64,000 bases of DNA from Lama glama (Eukaryota). Where the stretch lies: the NCBI GenBank assembly GCA_028534125.1, contig CM052817.1:3846001-3910000 (forward strand), written 5' to 3'. This document shows, in pieces, positions 11,936 through 25,090 of the stretch; the stretch's first letter is position 1; each line of letters starts with the position of its first letter. The position numbers were made by a program, and so were the translations under genes. A model generated the notes under the pieces. That model was given only the letters and a program-made list of their open reading frames with translations, had not been told where the DNA came from and did no database searches.

Positions 11936-13299
11936 CTTTCTGCCGGCTCCTAGCCTGCCCCAGCTCTTCCCCATCTTCCTCCATGCCCCTCCCTCTACTG
12001 CTTCACCCCATAACTCAGCATGCTCCTGGGTCAGTTTCCTCCACTCCACAGCTTGAACTAACTGGGGGATGAAAGGACACGTAACATGTCCCTCTCCTCA
12101 CTCTGACTGTCCTCCGAGACCCCAGACTCGCCTGCACTTGTCCACCTTGCCGGGGTGCCCCCACCACAGCACATCCGCAGCTGCCTTCCCCACATAATCA
12201 GTGCCCCCTTCCCAGGGCCGTGCGCTGTTCTATGGCCTCGCCCTCACCCCAACTGCTGAGCTGCAGCCCTCACCACTGCCCTGTGAAATTTGCTCCAGAA
12301 ACGTCCTTGCAATCAGGCTCTGGGGTCAGACAGACCAGGGTGTGAGTCCAGTGCTGCCGCCTGGCAGCTGTGCAACCTTGAACAAGTCATTTCTCTCTCT
12401 AAGCTGACTTCCAAACCTCTAAAACAGAAACAAACAGAGCACTTTCCAGGAGCAAATGCCTATCTCTTGATTGGGCTGCCCAGGATATGAAGCCCCTTTC
12501 TACACTTGGGGAATGCTCCCACCTTCTGAGTCTGGGTGTTCCTTCCCGAAGGCTAATGTCCCTCTACAGGAGCCTGAAGGCTGGGCGCTGACCACACACC
12601 CTCCCGACCTCCCGGCCTCAGCCCTGATGGTTTGTCATTATTAATAACAGAGGCTTCCTCTGTGCAGTTTGCTCTCCCGTGCCCAGGAGGACCCTGCATC
12701 TGGGTGACTGGCATGCAAAGGGCTTGGAAGTGATTTTTAATCAAAGTATTAAACCGTGAGCATAGCCTACCAGCAGCTTGTCAGCAACCAGGCCTTCTGT
12801 AGGAAAGGATGTTCCATCCAGGTGATAATTAAAAGCCTGGAGCAGGTCAGCTGGAGGGTCGTCACCCACTCTTCTCCATCAAACAGGCCCCCCAGCTCCC
12901 TGTGGTACCAGGAGAAGCAGCTGGGAAGGCTTAGGAGGGAACGCTATTCAGAGAAGCAGGTCCCACCACCGGGAAGCCTGGGCAGACCCAGATCCTCTCT
13001 GTTTACTTCTACGTCTTGGGCCAGACCAGTTCTGCACCTTTCTTCTCAACGCACAGTGTGGGCCAGTTCTCAGCCAGGCAAGGACGACAGGAAATCAGCC
13101 CTTGTCTTCCAACCACTAAGTGCACAGAGTCCTTACGACGTCACACTTCCAGCACTCACGGGCCTGCTCTGCACTCCGTGGATCAGACACAGACACTTTG
13201 GGGACCACACTGTCTCCTGGGGACTACGTGTACATGACAGAACATGATAGATTAAAAAAAAAAAAAGACACATGGACCAGACATTTGTTCAGTGCCTAC

Positions 13300-13708
13300 T
13301 GCATCCATTTCTTAGCAATGTTATAAAAAAAGTACAAGAGTAGTTTGGTGTCTCATAAAAATGGAAGCAGGAGCAGGGAGTGCTCCGGCTGAAGGCTCTA
13401 GGGAAGGATCCCTTCCAGCCTCTTCTGGCTTCTGTTGCTCTCCTGCCATCCTTGGCGTCCCAGGGCTTATAGCGGCGTCGCTGCAGCCTCTGCTGTGGTT
13501 GTCATGTGAGCATCTTCTCCCTGTCTCTCTCCCTTCCTATAAGGACTCAAGTCACATTGGGTCAGGAGCCCATCCTACTCCAGTACGACTTCATCTCAGC
13601 TAACTACATCTTCAAAGACTCCATTTCCAAATAAGGGCACCGAGGTGCTGGGGATTAGGATTTCAACATATCTCATGGAGGGGTGGGGGACACAGCCCAA
13701 CCCATAAC
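13300..13708 (-). mobile_element. MLT1 (ERVL-MaLR) LTR
   Basis: tgaaggctctagggaaggatcc...ataaggac...tttccaaataagg...gggattaggatttcaacatat...cccataac. Confidence 0.8.
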
Positions 13709-13724
13709 CCCTTCTGTGTTCTTG

Positions 13725-13870
13725 GCCCTGCATGTCACACACATTAGCTCATTTAATCCTCACAAGGAGGGAGGGACTATTATTATCTTTGTTTTACAGA
13801 TGGGGAAACTGAGGCTTAGAGAATTGAAGTAATTCTCACAAGGTTACAGTTCAGCTGGTTCGCAGATTCA
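13725..13870 (-). mobile_element. MIR SINE
   Basis: catttaatcctcacaa...ttttacagatggggaaactgaggcttagaga core. Confidence 0.85.
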
Positions 13871-13939
13871 GGACCAGGAAACAAAAACAGGTCCCTGTCA
13901 ACCCCAAATCTATTTCTCTTCCCTTCCATCCTTCTGTCC

Positions 13940-14490
13940 ATTTATTCAGCAAATATTTTCCAAGCACGGTCTGGCAGGCACTGTGCTAGACTCTTGGTAG
14001 GCTTTGGTAAGCAAAGCGAGCATGGCTCCGTGGAATTTACAATCTAAGGGTGGAGACTGACTACTAAATATATTATTACTAACCTTATAAATGCTGTAAG
14101 AAGAAACAAACAAGGAGGTCCACTTAGCTATCTACTTAGCCTTTCATCAGCAAAAAGCTTCTCTGAGGAAGTGATATTCAGCTTGAGGCTTGGAGAATGA
14201 AAAAGGACCAAGATCTTTGTGATCTGTATGGGAGGGGAGGTTGAAGGGAGTGTTCCAGGAAGAGGAATAGCACATACAAAAGTCCTGAGGCAGGAAAGGA
14301 CACAGTGCACCGAAAGCAGTTTGGCATGGCTGGAGGATTCCAGATGACATTGGAGAGGTGGTGCGTGTGTGTGTGTGCCCGCGCGCGTACAGAATGCAGA
14401 TCAAGTTTAGCCTTGTAGGCTATGGCAAGAAGTTTAGATTTATTTTCAATACAGATGGGGACTGTGAGTCTATGGTGAGTGTGCAACGAG
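13940..14490 (-). mobile_element. L2 fragment
   Basis: atttattcagcaaatatt...aggcactgtgctag...ctctgaggaagtgatatt...gtgttccagg. Confidence 0.75.
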
Positions 14491-15149
14491 ATAATTCATT
14501 TAGCTGGTCAGCTCTTTTGGATTGAGCACATATGGTACGCTTCATGCTCTGGTCACTTTAAAGATGAAGCAGACTAGTTCTTGACCCTGGAGGTGTTTGC
14601 GGAGTGTCAGATCTCTCAGATGCCAGGTCAAACCTCAGTTCAAAAATGTCCCCAAGGCAAGGCCACCTTTCAGGACTGTGCATGGGGAGAAGACACCAGA
14701 CTTCCGAGTCTGGCTTGCGAGGTGATCCTGGGCAAATGATGTCCTCTTGTGAGGCTCCTGCCTCCTCCCGCACAAAGCCATCAGTGCTGTGTGTGTTCTC
14801 CTAGAGCCTCTGGGGGAGAGAGTAAGAGAAAGGTCCTCCTGGTGACACTCCGCCCTTGACTTCTGACTATATCGCAGACTCACATGAAGTGGCAAGTTTA
14901 TTTAATGCCAAGAATCAGACTGTGACTGAAGCTGTCTGATTTTGGGTGGCCACAAGCCTCAGTTTCCTCATCTGTAAGAGAGACTTAATACTACACACCT
15001 GGTTTAGAGAATGAGCATTTAGAATTATTGCGACACCTGGAATTGCCTCCACGAAGGTTGTACATATTTGGACTGTTATCAATGGATGCTTTTACTGAGC
15101 ACCTACTATGTGCATGTAGTGTGCTGAGAACTTTCACCTATACTATTTC

Positions 15150-15272
15150 TTTAAAAAATTATTATTATTATTATTACTATTATTATTATTTTAATGGCAG
15201 TACTGGGGATTGAACCCAGGCCCTCATGTATGCTAAGCATGTACTCTACCACTGAGCTATACCTTTCCCACT
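15150..15272 (-). mobile_element. tRNA-Ala-derived SINE (camelid vic-1-like) inserted in a MIR
   Basis: Antisense tRNA-like head with a (TAT)n tail. TSD acctatactatttc (15136-15149) / acctacactatttc (15273-15286). MIR sequence lies on both sides. Confidence 0.88.
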
Positions 15273-16339
15273 ACCTACACTATTTCATTTCAACCTTACC
15301 CCCACCCCACGAGCCCCCATTTTACAGGTGAGGACAGTGAGGCTCAGAGAGGTGAAGTGACTTGTCCCAGGTGACTGGACCCAACATCATAACCCATTCT
15401 CTCCCTCCAAATGATCCGACCCCTTTTAACTTGGGTCATGGATGTCCCTAGACAGGACTGACTTTCTCAGGAGCGGTAAACAAGTAGTAAGTGGCATATC
15501 TGATTGTTACGGAAACGACAGGCCAGTCAAGAAACAAGCACCACTCGGAGGGTTGGAGTACTCAGATGTATTACGCTGGCGGGCTCAGAGGGGCTTCTGC
15601 TCCGAAGCTCTGAGCACCTCCAAGACGTGCACATGAGGTTTTATAGGGTAAAGTACAAGCTTGGGGTATTCGGCCAATAGGCATGGAACAGCTTTAGCAA
15701 CATTATCATCACAAAAGTGGAGGCGGGGAGGCAGCAAACCAACATTCCAAAGCCAGATATGTATCTTTGAAAACCCAGCTGGCTAGCAAAAAACATGAAC
15801 AGCAAACCAACACTAATTAACCTAGATTTACAAGTTAGTCCAGAGGAACTCAGATCAGTATTCCAATACTTAGATTTGTGAGTTATCTTGTTAGCCAAGC
15901 CCAGTTTTTCCTTCACATGACCACTTAGCCAAGATTCCATAGGAGCTGTTGAGGCACTTGGTATGGCCTGGACAGGATGAGCTCCAAGGGCCCCTCCAAC
16001 CCTGCAAGTCTGGGACTATGGGACTGAAGGCTTGCTAAAGAGTGCATTTATTAAACCACATCCTGAGGAGGAGGCAGGGAGGGTGGTGGTTACAGTTGGA
16101 GTCTGGAGGCCAGAGTCCCAGTCACATTGGACTCTACCCCAGAGGCCTAGAAATTCCTGATACCAGGTGTCAGACCACTGTTGAATCTCCTGGCTGCACT
16201 TGGTCACTTCCAAGGCCGCTGTAAAAACCCCGTGGAAAAGGTGGCTGGTGGAGGCCTTTGCCAGTTCGTGCACCTGCAAATACACATGGACATGACACTT
16301 TGCCGCCTCAGTCCCTTCGAAGTGAAATTTACATTAACG

Positions 16340-16520
16340 CCCACATTCAGAGGACTGGCTCCTCCACTCGTCAGTTGCATTAACTGCCCCTCTCTGAGCC
16401 TTAGCTTTCTTATCTGTAAATAGGAATGAGGATAATAGTTCCACCTCCTAGGTTGTTGTGAGTTTGGAGGAAGACAGATAATCTATATAACATGCTGGCA
16501 CAAAGCCTGAACCACAAGCA
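16340..16520 (+). mobile_element. MIR SINE
   Basis: ctctctgagccttagctttcttatctgtaaataggaatgaggataatag...aggttgttgtgag. Confidence 0.8.
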
Positions 16521-16799
16521 GATAATGTTGACAGTGATCATCGGGAAACCTGCAGTCATTCCTGCGGCTTTGCCTGGAGAGAGAGAACCCAGAGTTTCTA
16601 TGGGAAATGCATTCAGAAAGGGATTGAGATGTTTAAAGGGGAAAGAGGGTAGCATTTGCTGGGTGCTATGCCATGTAACTGTCCCCTCCATCCTGTTTTC
16701 CTACCAAACTTGAGTAAAACGTGAGAGCTTGATGATGCTTTTGGAATTGGGTTTGACTTGGGGGTCATGCAAAGTGGACTGCCACCCCCCACCCTTCAG

Positions 16800-17832
16800 T
16801 CTAGTCTCATCACAGCCAGCAGAGTGGTTTGATTATAAATCACATTAGATCCTGTTGTCCTCCTACCCCAAGCCCCCATCCATTTCTCACGTCGTGCAGA
16901 GTAAACATCAAAGTCCTTTTCCCACTAGGCTGCTTCTGACCTGCTCTCACATCCCTCCCCCCACACCTCTCTGTGTAGATCTATTGGCTTTTGCTGTTCC
17001 CCACATCTGCCCAGTCAACTTCAGGGCCTTTGCACTTGCTGTTCCTCGACTCTAATGCTTTTCTCCTACCTACCTGCATGATTACTTCCTCACTGCCTTC
17101 AAGCTTGAGTCAGAAATTATGCGTATTAGTTTCTTCCAACTGCTATAACAAATGACTACAAACTGGGTGGCTTAAAACAGCAGAAATTGATTTTTCTCAC
17201 AGTTCCAGAAGTCCAAAGTCGAGGTGTCATCAGGGCCACACTCCTTCTGAGGGCTCTGAGAGAGAATCCCTTATCTCTTCCAGATCCTGATGATTCCAGA
17301 TATTCATTGGCTTGTGGCCACACATCACTCCAATCTCTGCCTCTGGGCCTTCGCATGGCTGTCTCTGTGTGTCAGTGTACTCTTTTCTTCTCCTAAGGAC
17401 ACTTGTCATTAGATTTAAGCCCTGTCTGGATAATCCAGGATGAACACATCTCGAGATTCATAACTTAATTATGTCGGCAAAGACCCCTTTCCCAAATGTG
17501 GTCCTGTTCACAGGTCCTGGGTGAGGGTATCTTTTAGGAGCACTGTTCAACCCACTACATTGTGGCCCTAAAAATCTTCCACGGTCACAAAATAGCACAA
17601 CCCCTTGTCCTTCCAGCTACGGTACCTAGTTTTCCCTTCTTAGCACTAATCATCATGTGCTTCCTTGCTCTATTATTTCTCTGCTCTAACTGTGAATTTC
17701 AGGATGGCAGGCAGGCATCTGTCTACTGTGGGCCCTGCTGTATTCCCAGCCCTAGCACTACAGGGCCTCAGTCCCAGCACAGGGCCTCACACACAGCAGA
17801 CACTCAAAATAAATATTTGTTGAATGAACAAA
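16800..17832 (+). mobile_element. L2 3' region interrupted by an MLT1 LTR
   Basis: cagggcctttgcacttgctgttcc before the LTR and aaatatttgttgaatgaa terminus after it. Confidence 0.75.
17122..17559 (-). mobile_element. MLT1 (ERVL-MaLR) solo LTR
   Basis: gtattagtttc...tgggtggcttaaaacagcagaaatt...caacccactaca, with a 5-bp TSD-like ttatg/ttgtg. Confidence 0.88.
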
Positions 17833-19104
17833 TAAAGATTAGAGGATGCCAGAGATTTACAGCCTGCTTTGGATCATTCCTAAGAGACAGAATTGTTAGT
17901 AACAGCTCTTGATGCTATGGTGTTTACAGGGAAAATGGATATAATGGATGCTTATTAAGATGGACATTATACTGGTGTTTATGTATTGTAATTATGTCAC
18001 AGTCTGATGACAATGCTTAAGTATCCTTAGCAGAAAGCTGGCATCTTCCAAAAAGAAGCAACCTTAGGTGAGAAGATGGCCAGGTAAAGCTCACAGCATA
18101 GAACCTGCCACCGAGCAAGCTGCCAGTCAAAGGCAGGTGGTTTTGCTTCTCAGCCTCTGCTTCCCACGTGGGGAAGTTGGACTGGGTGGCAGATCCCTAA
18201 GGCCCCTTCAGCTCAGACTGGGAGACTCAGTGGCGGGAATATCCAACTGCCCTGCCTGTCCTGAACCCCTCTCTCCTGCCCTGTAGCTATATGGTGATGC
18301 GTTTGCATGTCTGTCTTCCCCACAAGACTGGCCTCCTGAGTCCTTTATCTCTAGCACCTCTGGCCGGCAGACACAGTCTGTGCTCAGTAAGGTCTTGTGG
18401 AACCAGGCTCAAGGTCCGCCCGAATGCCACCTCCTCCAGGATGCCTTCCTCGGACACCAACCAGAACATTGCCTTCCCTTCTTGGGAACTCTGCTGGCCT
18501 TGCCGCTGAAAAACACCCTACCCTATTATCCGTGTTTCTTTCTTCATGGGATTTATTCCTATTTATTTACTTGTCTATCTTCTGTCTTCCCCTATAGGAC
18601 TTCAGTCCCAGGGCAGGGACCTGGCCCATAACGGAGCTTGATACATGATAGGGGCCCAAGGGAAAAGCAATTTCCAGTGCCCAGCCAGGATCCTTGCAGG
18701 GGGAGGGCACTCAGGCCTGTTCGAACTGTCAGAACGTCCCTGGACATCCCATCTCACCCCTGCCTGGACCTTAGAGCTGGAAGGACCTGGATGCCCTCCT
18801 GACCTAACCCTCATACAGGAGCCCAGAGAGGGTGAGTGGTGTGCCCAAGCTCACACAGCAGAAGTTGTCTGATGCCCCATTCTCCTTCACGCCCACTGAT
18901 TGTTCCTCTCTCCCACGTCACCTCGGTAAAGTTCTCAGCAATTTTTCTGGATGCCACCCTTTCCCCCCAAATCTTACCCATTGAACAGACATACAGCAGG
19001 GAGGTTTGTGATGGGGGGGTGTCACTCTCTCCTGAATCTGAATCCTGCCTCTCATGCTTTCCAGCAGAGGGACCTGGGCAAGTTGGGTCATTTCTTTTAC
19101 TTTT

Positions 19105-19572
19105 TGAAAAAAAAAATTAATTGTAGTAAAATACACATAGCATAAAACATTCTATCTTAACTATTTCTAGGTATCCAGTTGGGTGGTATTAGATATACTC
19201 ATAATGTGCAACCTTCACCACCACCATCTCCATAGTCTTTGTCTTGCAAAGCTGAAACTACACATTGAACAGTAACTTCCATTCCATCTCCCCTGAGCCC
19301 TTGGCAACCACCGTTGTACTTTCTGTCTCTATGAGTTTGACTCCTCCAGGGACCTCATACAAGGAGAATCACCAGGCTTTATCCCTTTGCGCCTGGCTGA
19401 TTTCACTTAGCATAATGTCCTCAAGGTCCGCTCACGTTGGAGCTGGTGTGAGAACTTCCTTTCTAAGGCTGAATAGGATTCGTTGTACGGGTCTGCTTTG
19501 CTTATCCGTTCATCCATCGATGGACCCTAGGGTTACTTCTGCACTTTGGCTGTTGTGAATTATGCTGCTATG
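19105..19572 (-). mobile_element. L1MB-type 3' fragment (inserted in a MIR)
   Basis: ggcaaccaccgttgtactttctgtctctatgagtttgact...tggctgatttcacttagcataatgtcctcaagg. Confidence 0.85.
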
Positions 19573-20849
19573 GGCTGTCTCTTTTTAAGCCTCATTCCTC
19601 ATTTGCAAAATGGTGTCCCTGTCCTGCTATTTTATTATCAATTAATTTGCCTGCTGTTTACTAAAGGAGCCACAGAGGCCTCATAAACAGGGTAAAAATG
19701 AGTGTCCTCTGCATACCATGTGCACGTCTCCAGACTTTGTATCACAGCCCTGTGAGGTGGGTGCTGGTGCCATCCCGTTTACGGAAGCAGAGAGAAATGG
19801 CAACATTTCCCAAGGTCCGACGGCCAGGAAGTGGCAGAGCTGGGACCGAGACGCTCTGGCTCTAAAGCCCGGTCTCCCTCAGCCACATATTCTTCGTGTG
19901 CCTGGGCTGCTTCCATCCGCGGGGCTGAGCGTGGCGTGCTTACAGAGTCACAGGGGACCTTCACACGACCCACCGCTGCCGAGTCCCTGGCTTGTCCCAA
20001 GCATTCCTAGAAGCAGGAAGTGAGCCACCAAGGGGGGGTCAGTTCTGGCTGTCCTGGGGAGGAAGATGGAGAAAGTCATCAGAAGTCTCTACAGTCCATC
20101 CAGTTGCAAAAGGTGCCCAGTTGTTCCTGTGAAGTAGATGTTCCTCCAAGACATCTTTTGAAAAACAAAACAATAAAACCCATTCAGGAGTCGTGTGGAA
20201 ACTCATATTTCATACATCTCTTTTGAAAAAAAGTCTAAAAAAACTATATTCTGTCTAGTTGACATGATCAAGGGGATATCTAACAATATTCACAGGGACA
20301 GCACATCAGTTTAATGCTAAAAAACATCAAAATCCGTCATCTAACTAATTTTCACAGTCAAATGGAAAAGAGAGCACATGTGGTCCATGGAAGTCTTACC
20401 TGAAGGGGGAATTGACGTAAGTCAGACACCCTCCCCATCTGTGCGTTGATTTATAGCATTTTGGGGGTGAATAGAATTTCTACCTCAAGACCATCTGGCC
20501 TCATTACCCTCATGGCTGGCACAGGGCCCACTTTTGAAGCAAAGGTGCTTGTGGGTCCTCCAAAGAGCCCCCTCCTCCCGTGCTACCCCAACATGTCAGC
20601 CACCTCCTTGGCAGTGCGGGCGCTGTCTGGGATAATTGTCAGTTGCACCAGGCTTGGAGAAATCAGCTGGTGCTGGTTCTCTGCATCCAGGAAACCACCC
20701 AAACAAACTTCTTCTCCCCCTAATAAGATTGGCAGTTCAGGGTGTTAACAAAGTACTTATGCATTTATCGTTATTGTTTCCTGTAAAGAGATGGCAATGA
20801 CCAAGGCTAGAACCACCTGGTCACTGACAACAGCTCTTGTTTCCTGAGA

Positions 20850-21005
20850 GCCTACTGTGTGCCAGGCACTTCCCAACTGTCAACTCTCTAACCTGCTTAG
20901 TGACCCCTGGAGGCCCCTCACCCCCTTTGTCAGGTGAGGAGACTGAGGCTCTGAAAGCACCAGCAAGTCTCCCAGGCTGCAGAGGCGGGGTTTGAACCCA
21001 GCTCT
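20850..21005 (-). mobile_element. MIR SINE
   Basis: gcctactgtgtgccaggcact...caggtgaggagactgaggct...gggtttgaaccca. Confidence 0.75.
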
Positions 21006-21340
21006 GGCAGGACCAGAGCTGTGCCCTCTTCTCCATCCCAAGTGTTGCTTCAGTTCTCTGCCTGGCCTTTTACCTCAATTGTCCTAATTAGAGAGCGACT
21101 CCCAGGGGCATGGGCGAGGCCTTGGTCAGGAGATGCAGACTTGGAGGAGGTAATTCAGGGTGAAAGGTCAGGAAAACGCAATGTCTGTTGGAGGCGAAGC
21201 TGCCAATATTCTCAGAGAAGGGGGAGTGGTGCCAGCTGGAGTTGGGGTACATGGAGGGGAGTGAGGGGACCAGGATTAAGGTTTGGGGCCCCCAGCAGAC
21301 CCCGGGGTGAGCAGTCAGTGCAAATGGCTTATTACAGAGG

Positions 21341-21719
21341 TGAGGTCAGCAGAAATAAGAGCTCCCAAAGGTATCTACTTCTTAATCCCAGGAACCTGTG
21401 AATCTGTTACATTACACGGCAAAAGGAACTTGGCGTGTATGAATAAGGTTACAGGCATGTGAGAAGGACTTGACCTGCTGGCTTTGAAGATGAAGGAAGG
21501 GGCCATGAGCCAAGGAACGCAGGAAGCCTCTAGAAGCTGGAAAAGGCCAGGAAATGGATTCTCCCCAAGAGCCTCCAGAGAGAATCAGCTCTGAAGATGC
21601 CTTGATTTAGAGACATGCGTGCCAGACTTCTGACCTCCAGAACCGTAAGATAATAAAAGTATGTTGTTTCGGTTGCTAACTTTCGGGTCACTTACTACAG
21701 CAGTGACAGGATACCCACA
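21341..21719 (+). mobile_element. MLT1 LTR
   Basis: ctttgaagatgaaggaaggggccatgagccaaggaa...tctagaagctggaaaaggc...gacttctgacctccagaac. Confidence 0.85.
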
Positions 21720-22409
21720 TAGCAGGTGACCTTAGGAAAGGCTGGCAGGGGAATAGGGAAGCCAGGCAGGTGTGTCATCAAACCAGTGGCCAGGGATCAC
21801 CTGGTGATCAGTCACCCCACCCAAGGGGCTAGGTCTCCTGCTGGCAGTGGCAGGAGGTAGGGAGGGGGCATTAATTCTGGCAGCCAGAGAGAGCTGTCTG
21901 GAGAAGAGCCGCAGGTGCCAGAAACTCGAAGTTGGTAAAAGAGGCCTCAGTAGCATCTGTGGCAGGAACACGCAGGGACCTGACTGACAGTGGGGTCTCA
22001 GCCTCAGTGTGATTGTCTCATTGAGTTCAGGAATCCCCAGTCTTCTAAGATTCTGACCTGACATATCACCCCCTGCCCCACATCCTCCCTTGGCTCCCCA
22101 TTGCTCCACAGTCTCACCCTGTCCCCATCATGGGGCCTGCCTGCTTTCCCAGCCGGACCCTGACTCCTGTCCCAACCAGACCCCACCCTCCAGATCACCC
22201 AGCCATTTGCACCTCCTGAAGGGTTATATTTGTTACACCTCTCAGCCTTTGCAAATGCGGTTCCCACTGCCTGGAATGCGCTCCGTACACACCCCGCCTT
22301 CTTAACTCCTGTGTGCTCCCATGTGACCTCCTTCTGGAAGCCTTCCCTGCCCCGCCCCTGTGGCTGGGCCAGAGGCCTCTCTTGCACGGTCCACTGCACC
22401 CAGCCTTTG

Positions 22410-22870
22410 CTACCCCGCCCCGGGGCCCCCACCCCACGGTGCTGCTCCCGGCGTGCCCCGCGCCCCAGGCAGCTGTGCCTGAGTCGGCTCTACCCGGCGG
22501 GCGTGCGGCCCAGGGCACCCAGCAGGGCAGGGAGGGCCTCTGCTCTGCAGAACCCAAGTCATGGGAAAGGCATGTCTTGCTGCCCGCAGCCCAGCCGCTG
22601 GCCGCTGGGCCCAGCTATTTTTACTTCTTCCCCCTGCAGAGCTGAGGCCTGCGGGGCAAATTCTCAAACCAGGCCAGTGGGACCTGCCAGACGAGCGAAG
22701 ACACTTGCGGGTGCTGCCCCAGCCAGGGGCCGGCAGGAGCGGCCGCGGGGGCTTCTCCTCTGGGGCACAGCTGCAGGCTCCGGGCCGCCCCGTAAGACGG
22801 CTGCGCTCAGGGACCAGCTTTGCCACCTTTTCCCTGAGAGACCTTGAGCAAGTCACGTCACCGCGTCTGC
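22410..22870. promoter_or_regulatory. Small orphan CpG-rich patch (candidate enhancer)
   Basis: Local excess of CpG, retained even within the adjoining MIR. No ORF or exon support. Confidence 0.35.
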
Positions 22871-24199
22871 CACACAGGCAGGAGTCTAGCTCTCTCTTGC
22901 AGGTCATCCTGAGGATGGAATGATAACCAGGGTAGATAGCTGAGTCTAATTCGAAGGATACTTTAAAGAGGCAAAACAGTTGCATGAATCAAAATTCAAA
23001 ACACAGATGGAGTATTTACTCAGCGCCGATCCAGCCCTTATCCCCAGATAGCCAGCCGGCCACCCTCCCTGAAGTCAGCAACGTGGCTGTTCTTTCCACC
23101 CAATCCTTCCCTCTCTCCTTTTCTCTGTCCCTCTATAGGCACATAGTTAGATAGATGGCAACAGACAGAAAGCAGAGCAAGCCAGGGGTTGCTATGAGAA
23201 TACATGTTTGTATTTATATTTACACACACACAGTCACACAGACGCACACACACCATCACGGAGTCCCTGTGTGGGGCTGCGTGCTTTGGCACTTATTGTG
23301 CTCACAAATGAAGCTTTCATGCTCCACCCTCTGTCGTCATCAGCTCGTAATTGTCAGTGTTAACCTCTGCTCACTGACTGACCAGCTACCGGGCACCGTG
23401 CTAGGTTCCCTGCAAATACTACCCTCATTTTAGGGATGAGGAAACTGAGGCTCGGAGAGGCTGGGTGACTTGGCCAAGGTCATACAGCTAGCTGGTGGCA
23501 GAACCAGGAGCCAAGCCCCGGCTTTGGACCCCAAAATCTGTATTCAGATCCATTTGGCTTCCGGGGACCCGGCCCCAGGCAAGTGTCCCAGGCTCCAGGC
23601 ATGCCAGGTGCACTGAGGCTGTCTCTAGGGGTGCCCCATATCCTCTGGACAAGCATTAGGGAGGGATGGAGCCGATGGGCTCCAGTTCCTCTGGGAGTCA
23701 CCAATGTCAGACTGGAGGAGCCCACACCAGACAGCCTGTCCCCTCGTGGTACCCTAACATTCAGAGAGGGCAGGGCCTTTCTCCAAGTCACATGGCAAGG
23801 GAGTGACAGGCCCAGAACCAGAAGGCAGGGTCAGCCCTGCCCTGCCCTGTCAAATGGGAGGTATTTAATCAGTGCCAATGTGGAAAGGGTGTTCACCCAT
23901 AGCTTGTTGGGGCACCCCAAAGCATCACTGGGATTCTGGCTCCTGGATCTGAGCTGCCCTCATTACACCCTGAGCTCCTGGAAGGCAGGTTCCCCCACAG
24001 CTCATTTATCTCCAGGGTCCCATCCCCACCACACCCACCCGAGGGCTCCTGGGACGGACCTAGAACAAGGTGGGACGAATACATGAAGGAATTCTACTCC
24101 CCGACACCAGGTATCACTGATTTGAATCTAAACTCGTAAAAGAAGAACTTTCAGTGTATTTAAATCCTATAACATGCTGTGTTCCCTCAGGAACAGGAG

Positions 24200-24390
24200 G
24201 CCCTGGACTTAGAATCAGAGGGCTTTTTGGAATTCAAGTTGTCCCACTTACCAGCTGTGTGATGTTGGGCAAGTTGTTTAACCTCTCTGGGCCTCAGTTT
24301 CCTCATCTATAAGATGGAAGTAATAAAACCTACTGTACAGGTCCTGGGCAGGACAAAATCAAATGGTACAGATGAAAGCACTTGGCAAAT
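24200..24390 (+). mobile_element. MIR SINE
   Basis: ccacttaccagctgtgtgatgttgggcaagttgtttaacctctctgggcctcagtttcctcatctataa. Confidence 0.88.
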
Positions 24391-24859
24391 AAGGACAAAA
24401 GCACATTAACCACAATGATCCTAACATACCCTGAGCAGATGTTGTGCTGGGCTCTCGATATCCCTTCCATGGAGGACAGGCTCATTCATAGAGCCACTGT
24501 ATTTCGCTCTGAGTGTCCACACCTCTCACATCACTCAGTCCTATCTAGAATATTCTTGCTCATTTGTTCACCATCTGTTGTTCCCCTACTCGGATGCCAG
24601 TGCAGAGAGGACAGGGTTTATCTGTGCCGTTCCCTACTCCATCCCTGACACCTGGAACTGGACTGGCTAGCACATGGTAGCTCCTTGTTAGGGATTTATT
24701 GAATGAATGCTCCTTTCAGTAGGTGGGTAAGGGAGGCATCCTCTTTCCCACTTTACAGATGAGAAAACTAAGGCATAGATGGGTAGGGGTGGCTTCCTCT
24801 ACAACTTCCTCTACAGTCCATGCTCCTCCCACCACAGCTGGACTCAGGAGCTACAGGGA

Positions 24860-25090
24860 GTGGAGGGGCTCAGAGTGCAGGCCCAGGAGCCAGACTGCCT
24901 GGGTTCAAAGCCTGGCTCTGCCACTTACTAGTTGTATGACCTAAGGCAAGTCACTTGAGCTCTCTGGTCCTCATTTTCCTGTCTGTAAAATGGAGGTGAT
25001 AATAGTTGTGATAATAGTAGCTGCCTATTGGGTTGTTAGAGAATTACACGAGGTTATCTCTGTAAAGTGACTGACCCAGGGCGCGGCAGA
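24860..25090 (+). mobile_element. MIR SINE
   Basis: gagccagactgcctgggttcaaagcctggctctgccacttactag...tctgtaaaatgg. Confidence 0.88.
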
